Source of the DNA: Planctomycetota bacterium
GTDB lineage: Bacteria > Planctomycetota > UBA1135 > UBA2386
Assembly (NCBI GenBank): GCA_046290465.1
Contig: JBKAGP010000001.1
Coordinates: 544,001 to 608,000 of the forward strand
Reading direction: 5' to 3'
DNA length: 64,000 nt
A model generated the notes under the pieces. It was not told the origin of the DNA and did no database searches. It was given only the letters and a program-made list of their open reading frames with translations. Shown one piece after another: positions 60,544 through 64,000 of this stretch. How positions within the stretch are numbered: the stretch's first letter is position 1; each line of letters begins with the position of its first letter. The position numbers and the translations under genes are program-made.

Positions 60544-61797
60544 TCATCGGGCGAGCCGACGGCGCGCCGCGGCGGCGTGCCCGGGCAGGCCCTCGAGGTC
60601 GGCGAGTCGCGCGGCGTCGCGCAACAGCGCGGCCGGGGGGCGGTCGAGCCGCAGCCAGGTGCGCACGCGCAAGAACTGGAACACCGACAGCCCGCCGGTG
60701 TAGCGCGCCGCGCCGCCGGTCGGCAGCACGTGGTTGGGGCCAGCGCCGTAGTCGCCGAGCACCTCGGCGCCGTGGGCGCCGAAGAACAGCGCGCCGTAGT
60801 GCGCGAACCGGGGTGCCAGCCGATCGCCGTCGCGGCAGGCGAGCTGCAGGTGTTCGGGCGCGAGCCGGTCGACGACGGCGAGCAATTCGTCCTCGTCGCG
60901 ACAGCAGACGCAGCCGCCACCCTGCAGCGCCTGCTTCGCGACGGCCGCCGTCGGCAGCGTCGCGAGCTGCTCGGTGAGCGCGCGTTCGACCTGATCGGGC
61001 AGCGACGACGAGGTCGTCACCAGCCACGGCCTCGCGGTCGGGTCGTGCTCGGCCTGCGCCAGCAGGTCGGCGGCGACCAGCTCGGGGTCGGCGTGGTCGT
61101 CGGCGACCACGCACAGTTCGCTCGGCCCCGCCGGCAGGTCGATGCCGACGCGGCCCTGGACCAGCTGCTTGGCCGCGGTCACGAACCGGTTGCCCGGACC
61201 GACGACGACGTCGACGCCGGGGCGCGCCTGGTCGCCGTAGGCGAGCGCCGCGATCGCCTGCGCGCCGCCGCATGCGAGCAGCGCATCGCACGAAGCGACG
61301 TGGGCTGCTGCCAGCACGATCGGGGTCGGGCGCGGCGATGCGGCGAGCACGACCGGGACGCCGGCCGCGCGCGCGGTCACCGCGGTCATCAACAGCGAGC
61401 TCGGCAGCGTCGCCAGTCCGCCCGGCGCGTAGCAGCCGGCGCGTTCGACCGGCGCCAGCTTCTGCGCGACGATGCCGCCGGGCAGCTCGCGCGAGAACTC
61501 GGAGATCGAATCGCGCTGCGCCTCGGCGAACGAACGGATCCGACCGGCGACGTCGCGCAGCATCTGCTGGTCGGTTGCCGGCAGCTGCTCGAACGCGGCC
61601 GCGAGCACGTCGGGGCCGAGCGTCAGCCGATCCTGGTGGAGTTCGTCGAACCGCTCGGCGTGGCGGCGCACGGCCGCGTCGCCGTCGCGGTCGACGTCGG
61701 CGAGGATCTGTGCGGCGGTGGCCAGCGTCGCCGGGTCGATCGCGTCGCCGGCAGCGGTGCGCACGTCGGTGGGGGCGCGACGGGGCAACACGGTCAT
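60544..61797 (-). CDS. hisD: Histidinol dehydrogenase
   Basis: VGPGN, AGPSE, AQAEHD, APEHL, GDYGAGPNHVLPT. Confidence 0.93.
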   Translation of the reverse strand: MTVLPRRAPTDVRTAAGDAIDPATLATAAQILADVDRDGDAAVRRHAERFDELHQDRLTLGPDVLAAAFEQLPATDQQMLRDVAGRIRSFAEAQRDSISEFSRELPGGIVAQKLAPVERAGCYAPGGLATLPSSLLMTAVTARAAGVPVVLAASPRPTPIVLAAAHVASCDALLACGGAQAIAALAYGDQARPGVDVVVGPGNRFVTAAKQLVQGRVGIDLPAGPSELCVVADDHADPELVAADLLAQAEHDPTARPWLVTTSSSLPDQVERALTEQLATLPTAAVAKQALQGGGCVCCRDEDELLAVVDRLAPEHLQLACRDGDRLAPRFAHYGALFFGAHGAEVLGDYGAGPNHVLPTGGAARYTGGLSVFQFLRVRTWLRLDRPPAALLRDAARLADLEGLPGHAAAARRRLAR

Positions 61798-63059
61798 CGC
61801 TTGCCCTCCTGCTTCTGCGCGCCGCCTCGGCGCGACACCCGCCGGGCTCGCAGGTCGAGTTCGCGACCGACCTCGGCCAGCGTGACGTCGGCGCGCTGCA
61901 TCGCGACGGCCGCGAAGTAGAGCAGGTCGGCCGCCTCGTGCACGACCTCTCCGCGCCCGTCGGCGTCGGCCAGTTCGCCGGCCTCCTCGATCAGCTTGGC
62001 GCGCAGCCAGTCGCGATCCTCGAGCAGCTTGTTGGTGTAGCTGCCCGGAGCCGCCGCAGCGGCGGCGCGCGCGACCCGGCCCGGCAGCGCCAGCAGGCCG
62101 TCGCGATCGCCCCAGCAGCCGTCGGTGTCGAGGTGGCAGAAGCCACGGCCCTGCTGGCGCACGACGAACCGCAGCGCGTCGCGGTCGCAGTCGAGGTCGA
62201 CGCGCAGCAGCTGCTGCGTGTTGCCCGACGTCTCGCCCTTGCGCCAGAGCCCTCGCGAGCGCGACTGGTAGATGCCGCGGCCCTCGTCGACGGCGAGCTT
62301 CAGGCTCTCGGCGCTGGACCAGCACAGGCCGAGCGCGGCGCCGACCTCGTCGGTCACGACGGTCGGCCACAGGCCGCGCTCGGGCTTCTGCAGCGACGCG
62401 ACCAGCGCGTCACCGACCGAGAACGCCTCGGTGTAGAGCGCCATGCCGACCTGCGCGTCGACGCCGAGGCGGTCGAGCGTCGCGACGTCGTCGGGGCTGG
62501 CGACGCCGCCGGCGAACACCAGCTCGCGATCGCCGGCGGCGTCCTTCAGCGCCTGCACGCGCTCGACGTCGAGGCCGAGCATGCGGCCCTCGCGCTCGAC
62601 GAACGTGACCAAGAATCCCGACACGTACGGTGCCAGTTCGCGCATGCGGTCTCGGATGCCGGCGCCGGTGCGGGTGCGCCAGCCGTCGACGACGACCTCG
62701 CCGTCGACGGCGTCAAGCGCGGCGACGACCCGTTCGCGCGGCAGCTGCGACAGCAACTCGGGGGTCGCCATCGTGCCGAGCACGATCCTGGTCGCGCCGG
62801 CGTCGAGCAGGTCGCGCGCGGTGTCGAGGTCGCGGATGCCGCCGCCGACGCGGCACGGCGCGGTGCGGCACAGTTCGCGGACCAGCGCGCGGTTGTCGCC
62901 GTCGCCGAGGGCGGCGTCGAGGTCGACGACGGCGACCTCGCCGACGCGCGCGAAGCGCTGCAGCCACGGCCGCGGATCGCCGGCGTCCAGCACCAGCTCG
63001 ACGCCCGAACGGAGCTGCACCGCGTTGCCGCGGCGCAGGTCGATGGAGGGAAGGATCAT
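61794..63059 (-). CDS. Fused HisA-like isomerase / HisI cyclohydrolase / HisE pyrophosphatase
   Basis: ILPSIDL, VDLDAA, VGGGIR (HisA). SRSR..W.KGETSGN, DCDRDAL, FCH (HisI). SYT, KLIEEAGE, EAADLLY (HisE). Confidence 0.88.
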   Translation of the reverse strand: MILPSIDLRRGNAVQLRSGVELVLDAGDPRPWLQRFARVGEVAVVDLDAALGDGDNRALVRELCRTAPCRVGGGIRDLDTARDLLDAGATRIVLGTMATPELLSQLPRERVVAALDAVDGEVVVDGWRTRTGAGIRDRMRELAPYVSGFLVTFVEREGRMLGLDVERVQALKDAAGDRELVFAGGVASPDDVATLDRLGVDAQVGMALYTEAFSVGDALVASLQKPERGLWPTVVTDEVGAALGLCWSSAESLKLAVDEGRGIYQSRSRGLWRKGETSGNTQQLLRVDLDCDRDALRFVVRQQGRGFCHLDTDGCWGDRDGLLALPGRVARAAAAAAPGSYTNKLLEDRDWLRAKLIEEAGELADADGRGEVVHEAADLLYFAAVAMQRADVTLAEVGRELDLRARRVSRRGGAQKQEGKR

Positions 63060-63820
63060 GACAGGGTCTCTCGGATGGGCAGGTCGGCGGCGGCGAGCGC
63101 GCGCTTGAGTTCGGGGATGGTGGTGCGCCGGTCGTGCAGCAGCGACGCGACCAGCAGCGCGTCGGCGCCGGCGCGGGCGGCGTCCTGCAGGTGCTGGACG
63201 GTGCGCGCGCCGCCGGACGCGATCAGCGGCACGTCGGTGGCCGCGCGGGCCTGCGCGAGCAGCTCGGTGTCGTAGCCGACCCCGGTGCCGTCGCGGTCGA
63301 TGCTGGTCAGCAGCACCTCGCCGACCGAGAGCTCGGTGGCTTGTTGGATCCAGTCGACGACCGCGAGGTCGACGTCGGTGGTGCCGGCGTGCGTGCGCAC
63401 GCGGTGGCGTCCGTCGGGCTGCGGCTGGGCGTCGACGGCGAGCACGACCGCCTGGCTGCCGAACGCGTCGGCGAGCCGGCGCAGCAGGTCGGGGTCGCGC
63501 ACCGCGGCCGAGTTGACCGCGACCTTGTCGGCGCCGCGCTGCAGCAGCGCGCGCGCGTCGTCGACGCTGCGCACGCCGCCGCCGACGCACAGCGGCACGT
63601 CGACGACCTCGCGCACGTTCGCCGTCGTGTCGAGCGCGTGGCCGCGTCCGGCGGTGGTCGCGCTGACGTCGAGCAGAACGATCTCGTCGGCGCCGTCGCG
63701 CGCGTAGCGACCGGCGAGCTCGGCGGGATCGCCGCAGTCACGCAGGTTCTGGAAGCGGGTGCCCTTGACGACGCGACCCTGGTCGACGTCGAGGCACGGC
63801 ACGATGCGGACCGTCAGCAT
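63056..63820 (-). CDS. hisF: Imidazole glycerol phosphate synthase cyclase subunit
   Basis: RIVPCLDV, VVKG, GADE, TSIDRDGT, IASGG. Confidence 0.95.
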   Translation of the reverse strand: MLTVRIVPCLDVDQGRVVKGTRFQNLRDCGDPAELAGRYARDGADEIVLLDVSATTAGRGHALDTTANVREVVDVPLCVGGGVRSVDDARALLQRGADKVAVNSAAVRDPDLLRRLADAFGSQAVVLAVDAQPQPDGRHRVRTHAGTTDVDLAVVDWIQQATELSVGEVLLTSIDRDGTGVGYDTELLAQARAATDVPLIASGGARTVQHLQDAARAGADALLVASLLHDRRTTIPELKRALAAADLPIRETLS

Positions 63821-64000
63821 GACGCCTCCTCGGCGCGCGCCGCGCGGCGCAGCCAGCGCTGCAGCAGGTCGTGGCCCCACGCGCCCGACAGCTCCGGGTG
63901 GAACTGGCACAGCAGCACCGGGCCGCGCTCGGCGGCCGCCACGAACGGGATGCCGTGCGTGCAGGTCGCCTGGCGCCAGCCGGCGCGTTCTTCGGCCGGC
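63814..64000 (-). CDS. hisH: Imidazole glycerol phosphate synthase glutaminase (5' part outside the window)
   Basis: Manual translation ...LLCQFHPELSGAWG... directly upstream of hisF. Confidence 0.85.
   Translation of the reverse strand, partial: PAEERAGWRQATCTHGIPFVAAAERGPVLLCQFHPELSGAWGHDLLQRWLRRAARAEEASC

Overview
GC-rich bacterial chromosome segment (roughly 70% GC by eye), most likely Planctomycetota, based on the DUF1501 + DUF1549/DUF1553 pair, a prenyltransferase-repeat protein, a HEAT-vWA protein and an excisionase-HTH membrane protein. Most of the window is core housekeeping: lysS-lolE/D/C-rsmE, trmB, ppa, Fpg/Nei, miaE, rsmA, dnaG-rpoD-zinc ribbon-selB, ltaE, PMM, arginase, a sugar ABC system, purN and hisH-F-(A/I/E)-D. 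The most notable observations are: (1) a three-gene, lower-GC islet (13.5-15.6 kb) encoding two paralogous secreted proteins with a shared 12-cysteine scaffold ending CxxCxGDCP, plus a membrane-anchored partner; (2) a ~330-nt highly structured non-coding leader behind a strong sigma70 promoter upstream of dnaG-rpoD; (3) a HisA-HisI-HisE fusion overlapping hisD that resembles fungal His4; (4) a PNP homolog that has lost most catalytic residues, next to a P-loop protein; (5) CTAG-bounded repeat elements (a 167-bp MITE-like hairpin and two ~80-bp direct repeats flanking a two-gene block); (6) an in-frame amber codon in a scramblase gene. All annotation comes from motif recognition by eye. No database search was run, and many start codons were re-chosen by hand.
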